IMG/VR virus record: IMGVR_UViG_3300013099_000018
Span: 32,001-96,000 of that record
Source: a virus
DNA: 64,000 nucleotides
Strand: one strand, 5' to 3'
Shown: positions 1-10,385 of the stretch, piece after piece
Numbering within the stretch: the first letter of the stretch is position 1
Layout: each line of letters starts with the position of its first letter
Position numbers and translations under genes: made by a program
The notes under the pieces: generated by a model
What the model saw: only the letters and a program-made list of their open reading frames with translations
Told to the model about the DNA's origin: nothing
Database searches by the model: none

Positions 1-28
1 TAGTTTTATTAAGAGGTTTACTTAACCT

Positions 29-409
29 TTGTCAATGGTTACGTATTACTACAGAAGAGGATATGTTTTGGAAACAGACATAATGAAAGAATTAGAAAAG
101 CGAGGGTTTTATGTTATAAGAAGTGCTGGCTCACATAGACTTTGCGATTTAATAGCCATTCCAAATAAGAATATGCTTGATAATAAGCCTCTATGTATCC
201 AATGCAAGAAAACTACAAAGCCAAATCAGTTACCTAAGATTAGTAGAAAGGAGCTTGAAATGCTTAAGAAACTTGAGAAAGAGTACAATGTTAAGGTTCT
301 GTTAGGATTAAGGTATAGGTTTAAGGGTAGATGGATTACAGTGTTAGTAACTCCAGATGAGTATTTAGCTAAAAAAGCTAAATTAAAGAATAAAAAAGTT
401 AAGAATTAA
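29..409 (+). CDS. hjc: Archaeal Holliday junction resolvase (mirror copy of 39852-40232)
   Basis: G..LE..I..EL...GF.VIRSAGS...DLIA...IQCK PD-(D/E)xK motif. Confidence 0.88.
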   Translation: MSMVTYYYRRGYVLETDIMKELEKRGFYVIRSAGSHRLCDLIAIPNKNMLDNKPLCIQCKKTTKPNQLPKISRKELEMLKKLEKEYNVKVLLGLRYRFKGRWITVLVTPDEYLAKKAKLKNKKVKN

Positions 410-765
410 GCAATTCTTTTGATTAGTCTAAAAACGATTTTACCATTATCGTATAACTCCTTTAACTCTTTCTCATTTAATACTTTGCCTTCCTGTATTC
501 TTATTAAGAACTGTGTGGCTAATGCTTCGTCTCCTACACCCATATCAACTACTATTCTGTTTGGCTTTATCTCAACGCCTAATAGTTCGCTTAGCAATTT
601 TGCCGTGCTTTCGTGTCCTACAGCACTAATAAAGTCTCCCTTTTTGACCCATTCCTTAGCCTCTTCAAGGCTAATCCTTTTACTGCTTATAGTAAACTCA
701 TCTGCCGAACATGGCATTACCGATGCACTTAATATATACCTCTTACCATCGCCCATATATATCAC
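406..765 (-). CDS. acrIII-1: AcrIII-1/DUF1874 ring nuclease (mirror of 39496-39855)
   Basis: SAVGHESTA..LS.LLG...NR...GD...R..EGKVL motif. Confidence 0.88.
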   Translation of the reverse strand: MIYMGDGKRYILSASVMPCSADEFTISSKRISLEEAKEWVKKGDFISAVGHESTAKLLSELLGVEIKPNRIVVDMGVGDEALATQFLIRIQEGKVLNEKELKELYDNGKIVFRLIKRIA

Positions 766-1028
766 CTACACAAGATAGGTGTAAAAGATATATAAAGTTT
801 ATGGTATAAGAGATGCCACCAACATGTCTATCATCCTTGAGCTTCATTAGATTCGACAATGCATACATTTACATTATTGCGTTGAAATACTCTCAATGCT
901 CTACAAGTTATCTCTGAATTACGGTGGATTCTGTGATATTTTCTAAACACCTTGTAGTACATATGGGGTAACCGCTTGAGCATACTTGGAATTAGTGTAA
1001 ACAATATATAAAGTTTGCGTTATAATCC

Positions 1029-1526
1029 TTAGATGTCGACATATACATCCACTCCAGCTTTCTTTAACTCATCAAGGATTTCATTAGATGGCTCAATCTC
1101 AAAATAGAGATGGCTAAGATGTTCATAGGCATGGCGTTTGTAGCAATGCAAAACTATTTTCCCGTTTTGAATTATAGCTTCAAGAATATCATATCGTTTA
1201 CCATCCAACACTAATTGTACTCTCTTGCGTTTGCATTTCTCATAGGCTAAATTCTTGCATATCTCTTTGTATTGTCTGTATTTCTTCTTGCTATCTCCCG
1301 TTTTACCTTGTTTTGTTGGAGATAAACCAAAAAGGATTGCATGTTCAATACTTGAAAAGCTCTTTTGGTAGAAATGACCAATTACGTTTTTGTACGTTTT
1401 TTTGCAAATAGGACAATAGCTATGTGCAGACATTCGAAAGTGAGTTACCAAACCATAGAAAGTCGTGAAATACTTTTTGCAAACTGGACATACGAAAATT
1501 TCTTCATCCAGAATTTCAATCTTCAT
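1029..1526 (-). CDS. C2H2 zinc-finger protein (mirror of 38735-39232)
   Basis: CPVC..F....L..H....H and CPIC motifs. Confidence 0.7.
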   Translation of the reverse strand: MKIEILDEEIFVCPVCKKYFTTFYGLVTHFRMSAHSYCPICKKTYKNVIGHFYQKSFSSIEHAILFGLSPTKQGKTGDSKKKYRQYKEICKNLAYEKCKRKRVQLVLDGKRYDILEAIIQNGKIVLHCYKRHAYEHLSHLYFEIEPSNEILDELKKAGVDVYVDI

Positions 1527-1544
1527 AATATCACCCTATACCTT

Positions 1545-2198
1545 CTAAACAGATAGTTCCGAATCACTAACACATATGTTTTTGAACGGGCAATCTTTAC
1601 AATATGTTTTTCTTGCCGAGATTGATATGTTACATGGTGGTGGAACATCTTTATCTAAAGCGTATTTCAGAATCTTGGCTTTCTCCATCGTATGGTAAAA
1701 CAAATCCGCATTACCGTAATAATCGAATATTCTAACTCCAAGTTGGGTTCTTGAGATATAAACGATTAAACCCTTGGGAACGTTAAATATGTGTAAGTAT
1801 GCGTTTAATTGTTCAAGATGTGTTTTGTAAGGTGAATATGGTAGTTTATTGCATGTTTTTAGCTCTACAACTACATCGTTAGCTAAGACATCTGGTGTGG
1901 CTTGGATTTCAATTCCTTGATATTTGTAAGTTGTTCGTACCTCTCTTTTGCCATTTAGGTATTCTGCTATTACTGGCGTTAATAGCTCATGAACTATAAC
2001 TCCAAATAATATTCTAAATGCTGTTTTTTCATCCATAGGAAATCCGTATTTTTTAGTGTAGTAGCTCTTTCTAAGGCATGTCGTTAAATCGGTTATATGG
2101 ATAGTGTCTCTTTTGTTTATTTGATACTCTTTTACTGATTCAAGAATTGCTTGCCTTATTAAATCTTCAAGTTCTTTCAATTTTAGCCACCTCTTCAA
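1545..2198 (-). CDS. cas4: Cas4-like RecB-family nuclease (mirror of 38063-38716)
   Basis: CLRK, PD..VVELKT, QLNAY, C-terminal Cys cluster. Confidence 0.85.
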   Translation of the reverse strand: MKRWLKLKELEDLIRQAILESVKEYQINKRDTIHITDLTTCLRKSYYTKKYGFPMDEKTAFRILFGVIVHELLTPVIAEYLNGKREVRTTYKYQGIEIQATPDVLANDVVVELKTCNKLPYSPYKTHLEQLNAYLHIFNVPKGLIVYISRTQLGVRIFDYYGNADLFYHTMEKAKILKYALDKDVPPPCNISISARKTYCKDCPFKNICVSDSELSV

Positions 2199-2742
2199 CT
2201 ATTTCTACCAATTTGTTTTTACTAATTAGCTTCTTTTGAATGTTATAGTTCTTCGTTAGATAGAGTAGTCTTTTAGTTGTTATTAATTCAAAGTCATCTA
2301 TTTCAATTGCAAATTTTGCTTTGTCTTTGTAAGGAGATTGACAAGTGAAAACGTAGAACTCACTATACATTGGTTTTGGTGGATGTATTTCGAAGACTGC
2401 TGGATGAAATATCACTGGATACGTGAAACATTGAAATGGTTTGATGTCGTGGATTGAACATTTACCGTTGTCATAAAATATACAGTAGTGTTTATTATTG
2501 ACTTTCTTCGTTTTGATGGAGACTGATAGTCTATTTTTCTCGATTACGAACACTTCTGAGAATTTCTTTTTGGTGTGTTTTAGAATTCTAATCATTTCTG
2601 GGATTGTTACCAAAATCCTTCTATTGTTGCAACACCAACCACATTGCTGACATGGTTTAATCTCAGTTATTGATTTCTTTGCTTTGTCGTAGATTTGTGA
2701 ATCTTCATCTACCAGAAGCTTAATATCTTCTACGTATTGCAT
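2167..2742 (-). CDS. YkgJ-family CxxCxxCC protein (mirror of 37519-38094)
   Basis: CQQCGWCC, CIFY, CSIH..KP.QC..YP. Confidence 0.8.
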   Translation of the reverse strand: MQYVEDIKLLVDEDSQIYDKAKKSITEIKPCQQCGWCCNNRRILVTIPEMIRILKHTKKKFSEVFVIEKNRLSVSIKTKKVNNKHYCIFYDNGKCSIHDIKPFQCFTYPVIFHPAVFEIHPPKPMYSEFYVFTCQSPYKDKAKFAIEIDDFELITTKRLLYLTKNYNIQKKLISKNKLVEIVEEVAKIERT

Positions 2743-2789
2743 TTAAAACACCTACAAAGATTATTTTAAAAAATAACAGAAATCTAAAG

Positions 2790-3026
2790 CTATAGAGTTC
2801 TTATAACTCCTTGCTGAATCCAGTTATCGATTTCATCCAATGTTGGACACAAGTGTGGTAGTTTATAGTGGTGTAGCCATCTCATGAGGTTCTTTAAGTC
2901 AGATAAGGTTCTATTTATTTTGAGAGCATAGAGCCTAACTAAAAGAGAACATCTGCATGGTTCAGTTATGTTTGCCTTTTCTATCTCTTCCTCAATATAC
3001 TCCAGCCAATCTTCAAATGATTTCAT
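2790..3026 (-). CDS. Hypothetical protein (mirror of 37235-37471)
   Basis: ORF with RBS. Confidence 0.6.
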   Translation of the reverse strand: MKSFEDWLEYIEEEIEKANITEPCRCSLLVRLYALKINRTLSDLKNLMRWLHHYKLPHLCPTLDEIDNWIQQGVIRTL

Positions 3027-3040
3027 GTCAAATCACCTCG

Positions 3041-3292
3041 CTACTTAACAATCCACTTTCTAACCCTTTTTCTTTCTACAATCTTTGCCTTCTTCAGAAT
3101 GTTCTCTACGATTTCTCTGTTTTCCTCTCTTAGCTCCTTGAAATAGTCTTCTCCGTATTTTTCAAAGACTTTTCGTACTCCTTCCAGAACTATCTGCCTT
3201 AGATTTGGATATTCCTCTTTAGCGACTAGAAGTACCATGTTAATGTAGTCCTCTACTGGTATTTCCACATGCAACTTCACCAACTTCCCCAT
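3041..3292 (-). CDS. Ribbon-helix-helix protein (mirror of 36969-37220)
   Basis: N-terminal alternating strand then two helices. Confidence 0.55.
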   Translation of the reverse strand: MGKLVKLHVEIPVEDYINMVLLVAKEEYPNLRQIVLEGVRKVFEKYGEDYFKELREENREIVENILKKAKIVERKRVRKWIVK

Positions 3293-3346
3293 GATATAAG
3301 ATAGGTGTAAGAACTATATAATATTTGTGGTAGTATTAGTGTAAAC

Positions 3347-3538
3347 TCAGAGGAGTCTAAAACCGCTACTTTCAGTTTTTGTTGGAGATTCACCAACGTA
3401 TTTCTTCCATTGCGATGGTGTCATTTCGTATTTGACATAGTACCTACATGCTTTCCAGTTGTCATCGCTTAAACAGTACTCTGTGTAGTGCTTATAATCC
3501 ACTTTAGCTGGACAGAACTCAATATTTGGACATGGCAT
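3347..3538 (-). CDS. Small Cys-rich protein (mirror of 36723-36914)
   Basis: CP....CP...YC......C pattern. Confidence 0.5.
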   Translation of the reverse strand: MPCPNIEFCPAKVDYKHYTEYCLSDDNWKACRYYVKYEMTPSQWKKYVGESPTKTESSGFRLL

Positions 3539-3754
3539 ACAATTAGTAGTATTGATTAAAGGTATTTTAAAATAGTGGTGTTGTTTAAAAATTATAAAAA
3601 ATAAAAGAAACTAATCAATTGGATATTGCTCAAGCATTTCTAATCTCTTTTTTCTGCAATCTGGACAGATGTAGAACTTGTATTTTCCAACTGGTGTTCT
3701 GAGTTCGATAGTACCTTCGTTTACACCGCAAACATAGCAAATTGGCATAGAATA

Positions 3755-4120
3755 TCACCTTCCATTGTTCCTTAAAGCTTCAATCTGTTTTTTGAATATA
3801 TCTTTTCTAAGCTCTTTAAGCTTGTGGAGTTCATATTCATTTAAAGTTATCTTTGGTAACTTGAGTTTTTCAGCATGTGCTGGAAAGAATTTTCTAAAGA
3901 GGTAAACGTATATTCTAAACCATGTTTCGTCTAATGGTGCTAATTTAGATGCTGAAAATATGGCTATCAATGCTTCAAACTCTGTAGCCATTCTGTTTTT
4001 GAAGCATTCCTCAACTTCTGCAATTCTGTAGAACATTGCAGTTGTTTTGAGGCGTTCTGGAACGTCTATACCTACTATAGGAGCAAACAATACATACTTT
4101 ATAAACCCCTTAACCTTCAT
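3755..4120 (-). CDS. Hypothetical protein (mirror of 36141-36506)
   Basis: ORF with promoter and RBS. Confidence 0.65.
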   Translation of the reverse strand: MKVKGFIKYVLFAPIVGIDVPERLKTTAMFYRIAEVEECFKNRMATEFEALIAIFSASKLAPLDETWFRIYVYLFRKFFPAHAEKLKLPKITLNEYELHKLKELRKDIFKKQIEALRNNGR

Positions 4121-4209
4121 ACTATCACCATATAATATTTGAGGTATTACCTATATAAGCTTTTAGGTTTTACTTTTGCAAGACGAAAATAAAAAAGCTA
4201 AAAAAGATG

Positions 4210-4980
4210 TTAACAATACAACACGGCTCTTTTGTCTAAGATTTCTACAACATTCCACATACTTGGTATGTGTATAGCTTCTTCTAATTGAACTCTTGAG
4301 ACATCTAACTTATCAAGCAAATCATTAAGTAAGTTGTTATATATATTGCAAGTTCTAACTAAGACCTTGCGATAATCATTAGGCATTTTACCCTCAACGA
4401 CATTAGTGTAAACCTTCCTAAGCAATATTGTAGTCTTAAAAGCTTCTCTGAAAAGCTCTTTGTCGATTTTATCACAATCCTTTACTTTAATACCATGCTT
4501 TTCGAAGAACTCTTTTACAAAGATATTGCTTGTGTATACCGTTTTTATGTTTTCGATGTTCAAGTCTTGTAGAGTGAAAACCTCAAACTCATGCATTAGA
4601 ACTATATGTTCAATGTGGACATATTTTCGAACAACGACATTTCTAAGCTCATTGACATCAAAGGCATAATAGTAGCATGGGTATAGATGACCGTCAGATG
4701 ATATTAGTTCATCAACATCTAACTCTACAACGAAGAAATTAGTTATGTTGAGTGATGGTAATGACTTTAGTGATTTGTCGTGGAAATAGGGGTCTGTGTA
4801 GATGTATGTAGGAGCTATACATAGTGGTACTCTCTTCCAGACACTTTCACTAACTTTATACCCTTTGAACTTTTCCCATAGCCATAGGTCTTGTTCTCTG
4901 CAAACTCTATAAATCTCCTTCTTGTTGAATAATTGCTTAAACAACCTCTTTATAGCCTTTCCACCTAAACCCCTTATCAT
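4210..4980 (-). CDS. Hypothetical protein (mirror of 35281-36051)
   Basis: ORF with promoter and RBS. Confidence 0.7.
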   Translation of the reverse strand: MIRGLGGKAIKRLFKQLFNKKEIYRVCREQDLWLWEKFKGYKVSESVWKRVPLCIAPTYIYTDPYFHDKSLKSLPSLNITNFFVVELDVDELISSDGHLYPCYYYAFDVNELRNVVVRKYVHIEHIVLMHEFEVFTLQDLNIENIKTVYTSNIFVKEFFEKHGIKVKDCDKIDKELFREAFKTTILLRKVYTNVVEGKMPNDYRKVLVRTCNIYNNLLNDLLDKLDVSRVQLEEAIHIPSMWNVVEILDKRAVLYC

Positions 4981-5078
4981 AGCATCACCTCTATAGTATA
5001 TTATAACTCCTTACCTATATAAGCTTTTAGGTTTTACTTTTGCAATAATTAAAAAAGTTGGTTAGAGTTAAACAGAAA

Positions 5079-5720
5079 TCAATTCTTTAAGTTACGAATA
5101 TAGATATGTGCTGACTCGGAACGTGTAGTAATTCTACCTATTTCAACTCCTAATTCTTCTGAAACTCTGTAGCTCAACATTAGAATAGCAAAGTAGTCTG
5201 GTGGATATCCATTTTCCATGTCGTTGCTTCTAAGCCATGCAAACGTTCTTAGTTTTCCATTTCGTATTTTGAAATCTATGATACACCAACATGGTGGTTC
5301 TGGATTAGATGTATCTTCTGGTCTGTATAGAACTGCTGTAGCTTGTCTTGTGTCGGGATTGTTTTTGAGTTTCTTGATTATGTTTTCAATTTGGTTTTTA
5401 TATGCTAAACGTTCTCCGTATGAGTAAGACCACATACCAGGCTCTTTTATACACCAAGCCACTCTTGTAGCGTAATCAAAGATAAATTGTTCACCCCATC
5501 GTTGAACTATGTATTGAGGAAGAACTTTTGAAGGCTTGTCCATGACTGGCTCTATGACTGTAATCGTTATTGGCTCTGCTTCCAAATAAGGTTGCTCTCT
5601 TTCACTAACATATATTTCGCCGTTTTCTAAAATATACCATAGAACTTCATAGTAGTCTTCTCCTAACTTGTTCTTAAAAATAAAATTAGGTGCATCGTTT
5701 TTAATTAACATACTTATCAC
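5079..5720 (-). CDS. thyA: Thymidylate synthase-fold enzyme (mirror of 34541-35182)
   Basis: YGERL, TRQA, PPC, RSND, SAHIY. Confidence 0.82.
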   Translation of the reverse strand: MISMLIKNDAPNFIFKNKLGEDYYEVLWYILENGEIYVSEREQPYLEAEPITITVIEPVMDKPSKVLPQYIVQRWGEQFIFDYATRVAWCIKEPGMWSYSYGERLAYKNQIENIIKKLKNNPDTRQATAVLYRPEDTSNPEPPCWCIIDFKIRNGKLRTFAWLRSNDMENGYPPDYFAILMLSYRVSEELGVEIGRITTRSESAHIYIRNLKN

Positions 5721-5721
5721 C

Positions 5722-6057
5722 TTATTTAAGAAGTTCCTTAATTAAAGGTAATCCATAATCCTTAAGCCATTCCTTAAGCTTGTTGACACATTCTTCGTCA
5801 ATGTTGCACAGATAAGGTAAATCCAACTTAGGTTGTATGATTACAATTCCAGAACCTAAAGTTATGCTTGCTTTGTATTTCTCTTCAAGCTCTTTTACGT
5901 TTACGTTATTTACTGGTTTGTATATTCTTATCTCTCCAAGAGAGACATAAGCGTAGTAGTGTTTGTCCTTGAGTTTTAATTTAACTTTAAATGGTTCTGG
6001 TAGTTTGTTACCAGTAAAGGCTTGAACTATGTCTTCAAGAGTCATTGTTTTTCTCAC
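5722..6057 (-). CDS. Hypothetical protein (mirror of 34204-34539)
   Basis: Co-oriented in operon. Confidence 0.6.
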   Translation of the reverse strand: MRKTMTLEDIVQAFTGNKLPEPFKVKLKLKDKHYYAYVSLGEIRIYKPVNNVNVKELEEKYKASITLGSGIVIIQPKLDLPYLCNIDEECVNKLKEWLKDYGLPLIKELLK

Positions 6058-6457
6058 CTTCTCTTTTAGCTATTCCTCCTAATTTCTGCATCTCTTCAAC
6101 AGAGAATTCAATTATAAAGTTACCATAGTCTCTTGCATACTCTATGAGTAATTTTATCAAAGCAATGATTACAGCATATCTGTCGGTTGATGTTGGTTCT
6201 GTCTTTTCGAATCCTATGAATTGCTTTAAAATACAATATATCAAAGAGGCTTTTTCAAACACGTTTTTGTGGAATTTTAGGTTTACGTTTTTGGAAAGTC
6301 TGTCCAGTTCTTCAAGAAGTCTGTCGTTTATGTTTGCTATGACTAATAGCTTTTGTCCTATTTCTCCGAGAAAGTTCAAAGATATTATTTTTACCAAATC
6401 TCTTTTGTCTAAAGCGTTCCAGTCATCGAATTTAACGAAAACTTTATCCTTGCTCAT
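6035..6457 (-). CDS. Hypothetical protein (mirror of 33804-34226)
   Basis: ORF downstream of TATA box. Confidence 0.6.
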   Translation of the reverse strand: MSKDKVFVKFDDWNALDKRDLVKIISLNFLGEIGQKLLVIANINDRLLEELDRLSKNVNLKFHKNVFEKASLIYCILKQFIGFEKTEPTSTDRYAVIIALIKLLIEYARDYGNFIIEFSVEEMQKLGGIAKREGEKNNDS

Positions 6458-6547
6458 GGTAGATACTATATCTACTTACATTTATAAACCTTTCTATCTT
6501 ACTTATGTAAGCGAAAGGTTTTTATTAAGTAACTCAGATTTTAAGTT

Positions 6548-6904
6548 ATGCTAAGATTTGTATTAGAAGGGTTAGTTTATTGTAAAGAAGACATTGAAAA
6601 ATACTAAAACAAAGCTTCGGAGAAATTCAAAGAGGTATTAGATTTTGCAACAGAGATTAAGAAAATTTTAGTTGAAAAAGGGATACCCAACAAAGACTAT
6701 ATCATTGAAGCACTACTTTCAACATATTACCTAATGCTAACAAAAGAGATGGTTAAAAAATACGGTTTTAAAACTACGTTAAATGCATTATATGATTTCA
6801 TAGATGCTGTACTTAATCCTCAGGAATTCTTGAAGGATTTGACAGAGACTTACGAAGAGTTGAAAAAGATAGAAGAAGAGGTTGGTTTGGATGAATCAGA
6901 CTGA
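6548..6904 (+). pseudogene. 118-codon reading frame with one in-frame TAA at 6605-6607 (mirror of 33357-33713)
   Basis: MLRFVLEGLVYCKEDIEKY*NKASEKF...GLDESD. Confidence 0.55.
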
Positions 6905-7016
6905 ATTTATGCTTTGGATTCGAGAAGTAACGTATGAACTCTATGCGATATTGATTTTCAGCATGCTATTGCTATGTCTTACGAGTATTGCATACTTCTA
7001 CTGGTTCTTTTCGAGT

Positions 7017-7292
7017 TTAAAGCACCTCAGAAAATATATACGCTAACTCAATACACCTATCTTTTAATTTGCTTTTATTCACTTTTTTATACAAACCATA
7101 AGCCATAGCATGTTCGAAGTCTTTTTTAGCCATAAGGTATAAGTGAGTACCAATTCTCTTTACTTTAGCACCACAGATTGGACAAACACCATTTTTACAA
7201 TGTACATGAGTGAAATGATACTTCAAAGCACCAAAATCCTTGAAAACTCTGTCGATACCATTTTTTTCACATATGAAGCATTTGAAAACCAT
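7017..7292 (-). CDS. C2H2 zinc-finger protein (mirror of 32969-33244)
   Basis: CFIC...L..H...H, CPIC. Confidence 0.7.
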   Translation of the reverse strand: MVFKCFICEKNGIDRVFKDFGALKYHFTHVHCKNGVCPICGAKVKRIGTHLYLMAKKDFEHAMAYGLYKKVNKSKLKDRCIELAYIFSEVL

Positions 7293-7350
7293 GATAAAAA
7301 TACATAAATTGTAGCATAAATAATTTATTAAGAGAGGTTATTGTGGTTTT

Positions 7351-8196
7351 ATGAATAAGTTTATGAATAAGGAACAAGAGAAGGAACAAGAAAACAAACC
7401 AAACCACAAAGACCTTAACACCATGACCCCCGACTCCCTAATAGGGTACTTACTCAAGGATATTAAAGATTTCGCCGATAGACAATTAGGTTACAATGTC
7501 GATATATCAGAATTCTATATTGCTAATGATATCGGATTCAGAATACTCATACCAGATGGCTTTGATGGTGGTAGACTCAACTTTACAGAAATTGCTTGCA
7601 TACACCTCGCAGAATTCTACGCCAATTGGGATATGAAAACTATTAAAAGGATTATAGACAATGAGATACCAAAACCTAAAGCCTATAGAGGATACAACAT
7701 AGCCAAACGTGTAATAATCACATTAGCAGATAAGATAAAGGGCATTGCAAAGTCAAAGAGGCTTGGTGATATATTGTTCCTAATATTCCATGCTGGAAAG
7801 CTATCTCTAAAGTTAATAACATCTTACATATTCAAAATACTAGGAAGGTGGTACACCAAAAGAGGCAAAAGAATCGAAGAAGCTACAATAGAAAAGACAG
7901 GTAAAGAACCATGGGGTTACTTAGCAGAATTGGTAGAGTTCTTCAAAAACATAGGCGATAAATTATATAAAGGCTTTAAGAAACTCTTTGCTAAAATTAA
8001 CTATAATAAGAACTCTAAAGAATGTGCTAATAATAAATGCAATTATAGTATATATAATACATCTAATAGCAACAACTATAGTAACAACAACTATAGTAAC
8101 AACAACAATAATAGCAAAGTTCTTACTTATAAAGAATTAGTGTTACTGAATGCAACTCCAGTGTTACCGCAACGACCTAAACGGATAGTGATATAG
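7351..8196 (+). CDS. Hypothetical protein with Asn-rich tail (mirror of 32065-32910)
   Basis: 281-aa ORF. Confidence 0.7.
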   Translation: MNKFMNKEQEKEQENKPNHKDLNTMTPDSLIGYLLKDIKDFADRQLGYNVDISEFYIANDIGFRILIPDGFDGGRLNFTEIACIHLAEFYANWDMKTIKRIIDNEIPKPKAYRGYNIAKRVIITLADKIKGIAKSKRLGDILFLIFHAGKLSLKLITSYIFKILGRWYTKRGKRIEEATIEKTGKEPWGYLAELVEFFKNIGDKLYKGFKKLFAKINYNKNSKECANNKCNYSIYNTSNSNNYSNNNYSNNNNNSKVLTYKELVLLNATPVLPQRPKRIVI

Positions 8197-8247
8197 TTAT
8201 AAAATTAGCCAAATAATAACAAAAAGCAATTCTGGTTAGAGGATACT

Positions 8248-8577
8248 ATGTTCGATGCTTTTGAATTCAACATTATTTATAGTAAATTTTGTATAGAGAT
8301 TAGGTTTAATTACCTTTTAAGTAGTATCGCAAGTCTTATATATGCAATTCTCAGAGTTTTATATATGGGTGGTGAAAGTAAGACAGTTGGGGAGAAATTG
8401 ATTGAGGAAATGGAGAGAATTTCTAGGGCTTTAGAAGGGATACCAACACAAGGTTTCATTAGACAAATGCTTATTCTGTATATCCAAGAAAAAACCAAAC
8501 TGGGAAAGCAGAAGATAGAAGCAGTATTGGATGCAATCGCACAATTCAGAAAAGAAATGGAAAAAGAACTAAAGTAA
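8248..8577 (+). CDS. Hypothetical protein, probable start at MGGESK (mirror of 31684-32013)
   Basis: Helical C-terminal 70 aa. Confidence 0.5.
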   Translation: MFDAFEFNIIYSKFCIEIRFNYLLSSIASLIYAILRVLYMGGESKTVGEKLIEEMERISRALEGIPTQGFIRQMLILYIQEKTKLGKQKIEAVLDAIAQFRKEMEKELK

Positions 8578-8608
8578 TTTTAGATGAAATCATTGGAGTG
8601 GTGATACG

Positions 8609-9028
8609 ATGAAACAAGCACGTCTGGTCGATTTCAACACAGATATAGCAATGTACAAAGCAAGTATACCGAATCTTCCAGCAGAGATAAAAGATAGACT
8701 AATTGCATCACTTACAGAGTGGCTTAACAAAAACTCTAATTTAATTGATGACAGATGGAAGAAACGCATCTTAAAGGAAATTCGCAAATTTAGAAAAATG
8801 AGAGCGACAATCCCTGTTGTGGCGGGATTTGCAATGTGGACACTTTGTATTGTAAACCAACTTGGTGTTACTTCTGGCATTGGCATAGATGGTTACACGA
8901 TTTTAGATAGTACATGGGAAAGAGGGTTCGATAAAAGCACTACTGAAAAGTTGTTGCTATGGGTATCCGAAGCTGTTAAGTTAACACATATTCCAAAAGA
9001 AATTGCAGAGCAATTAGGATGGGATTAG
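8609..9028 (+). CDS. Hypothetical protein (mirror of 31233-31652)
   Basis: GGTGA RBS. Confidence 0.65.
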   Translation: MKQARLVDFNTDIAMYKASIPNLPAEIKDRLIASLTEWLNKNSNLIDDRWKKRILKEIRKFRKMRATIPVVAGFAMWTLCIVNQLGVTSGIGIDGYTILDSTWERGFDKSTTEKLLLWVSEAVKLTHIPKEIAEQLGWD

Positions 9029-9243
9029 CAATGTTCGAAAGAAGAGAGTTAATTAAAATAAATACAATATTACTTTATTTATGTCAAATATTTGGCATTA
9101 ACCACAGATGTACTAATTGCGAAAAGTTGAGACCATTCTTTGTTTATTGTAGTGAAGCATGCATAAAAAAAAGCATGGTCGATGTATCTAAAAAAATATG
9201 TAGTATGTTTGAGGTTAAAATTACAAAGATAGAAACGAATTAA
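9019..9243 (+). CDS. Small Cys-rich protein (mirror of 31018-31242)
   Basis: CxxC, Cx3C. Confidence 0.45.
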   Translation: MGLAMFERRELIKINTILLYLCQIFGINHRCTNCEKLRPFFVYCSEACIKKSMVDVSKKICSMFEVKITKIETN

Positions 9244-9256
9244 GGGTGGTTCTCTG

Positions 9257-9466
9257 ATGATGGTTGACTATACCAAATTAGATGAAGAACGTAAGATTTG
9301 CTGTAATTGCAAGCATTTCTATAAATTTAGTTGCTTGAAAGGACTTAAAACAGCATGTGATAGTGTTATAGATTGTCAAGATTGTCTTGAACAGTTCTGG
9401 TGCTTGTTAAAACCATACTGTGTTCATTTTGAGCCTAAAATTAAATTATTAGGGGGTGGAAAATGA
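9257..9466 (+). CDS. Small Cys-rich protein (mirror of 30795-31004)
   Basis: CCNCKHF...C..FEPK. Confidence 0.55.
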   Translation: MMVDYTKLDEERKICCNCKHFYKFSCLKGLKTACDSVIDCQDCLEQFWCLLKPYCVHFEPKIKLLGGGK

Positions 9467-9762
9467 AAGAACTGTTTGAGTTTCTAACAAAGTTAAAGGA
9501 GTTGATTAGCATAGCTGTTGATAAAGAGATTGAAGAAGGTGGATGGTACGAATACTCAATTTGTTTAGATTGCATGAAATTGGTCAAATATGCTGTTGGA
9601 TTCAATGCACCAGAGCATGACGATAGGTTAATGGAAAAAATAAAGAGCAAAGTAGAAAAAGATATAGCTAAGCATAAAGGACACACTTTGATAGTTCTTA
9701 GAGAGGAAGCATTCACTGAATGCAATAAACTTTGTGAATACTTGTTAAAAAAGTTTGGATAA
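9463..9762 (+). CDS. Hypothetical protein (mirror of 30499-30798)
   Basis: Overlapping ATGA coupling, CxxC and HxxH. Confidence 0.6.
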   Translation: MKELFEFLTKLKELISIAVDKEIEEGGWYEYSICLDCMKLVKYAVGFNAPEHDDRLMEKIKSKVEKDIAKHKGHTLIVLREEAFTECNKLCEYLLKKFG

Positions 9763-9765
9763 TTA

Positions 9766-9975
9766 TTGTTGAAGAGGGTGATTCTGATGGTTAAACTATA
9801 TGCAGTAATCATGGAGGATTTGTTCGGACTCATGAAAATTCATTATACTACTCTAAGTAAAGATGAAGCAATAAAACGTTGTAAACAATACTTAAAAGAG
9901 GAGCAGAAGAAACCTCCACTTGAGCGTAGAAGGTTTTTTGTACTAGAGCTTGAGAAGGTTGATTCTGATGACTAA
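9766..9975 (+). CDS. Hypothetical protein (mirror of 30286-30495)
   Basis: GGTGA RBS before internal ATG. Confidence 0.55.
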   Translation: MLKRVILMVKLYAVIMEDLFGLMKIHYTTLSKDEAIKRCKQYLKEEQKKPPLERRRFFVLELEKVDSDD

Positions 9976-10049
9976 TCGAACATTTATATGTTTATGCGGT
10001 TGCGAGTTCGAGATAATAAATACTCTGTTAAATGTGTAGGTGAGACCAA

Positions 10050-10385
10050 ATGAAGGTTGTTAGCGTTGAAGAATTTTTAGAAATGTGGAATAGCACATCA
10101 TCAATACTCTTATGTCCTAAACTGAAGGGACAATGGGGGCAATGGTTATATCCTATTCCAGAAGACCCTTGCTGGGACGGTGATTGCGGGTGGATTCATT
10201 GCCACAACTATAAAAGAGGTTTCGAAGAACATGATAAATTAATAGTTCCTGAAAAACCGTTACCTGATTTGCTAAAAGAACATTTAGAGCGGTGGAAAAA
10301 AGAATGTAAAATAGAATACAGACACATTAAGCGTATTGCAAGAGCTAGAGGGATTAAAACGATTTTTGATAAATTTAAACTATAG
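10050..10385 (+). CDS. Hypothetical protein (mirror of 29876-30211)
   Basis: AGGTGA RBS. Confidence 0.6.
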   Translation: MKVVSVEEFLEMWNSTSSILLCPKLKGQWGQWLYPIPEDPCWDGDCGWIHCHNYKRGFEEHDKLIVPEKPLPDLLKEHLERWKKECKIEYRHIKRIARARGIKTIFDKFKL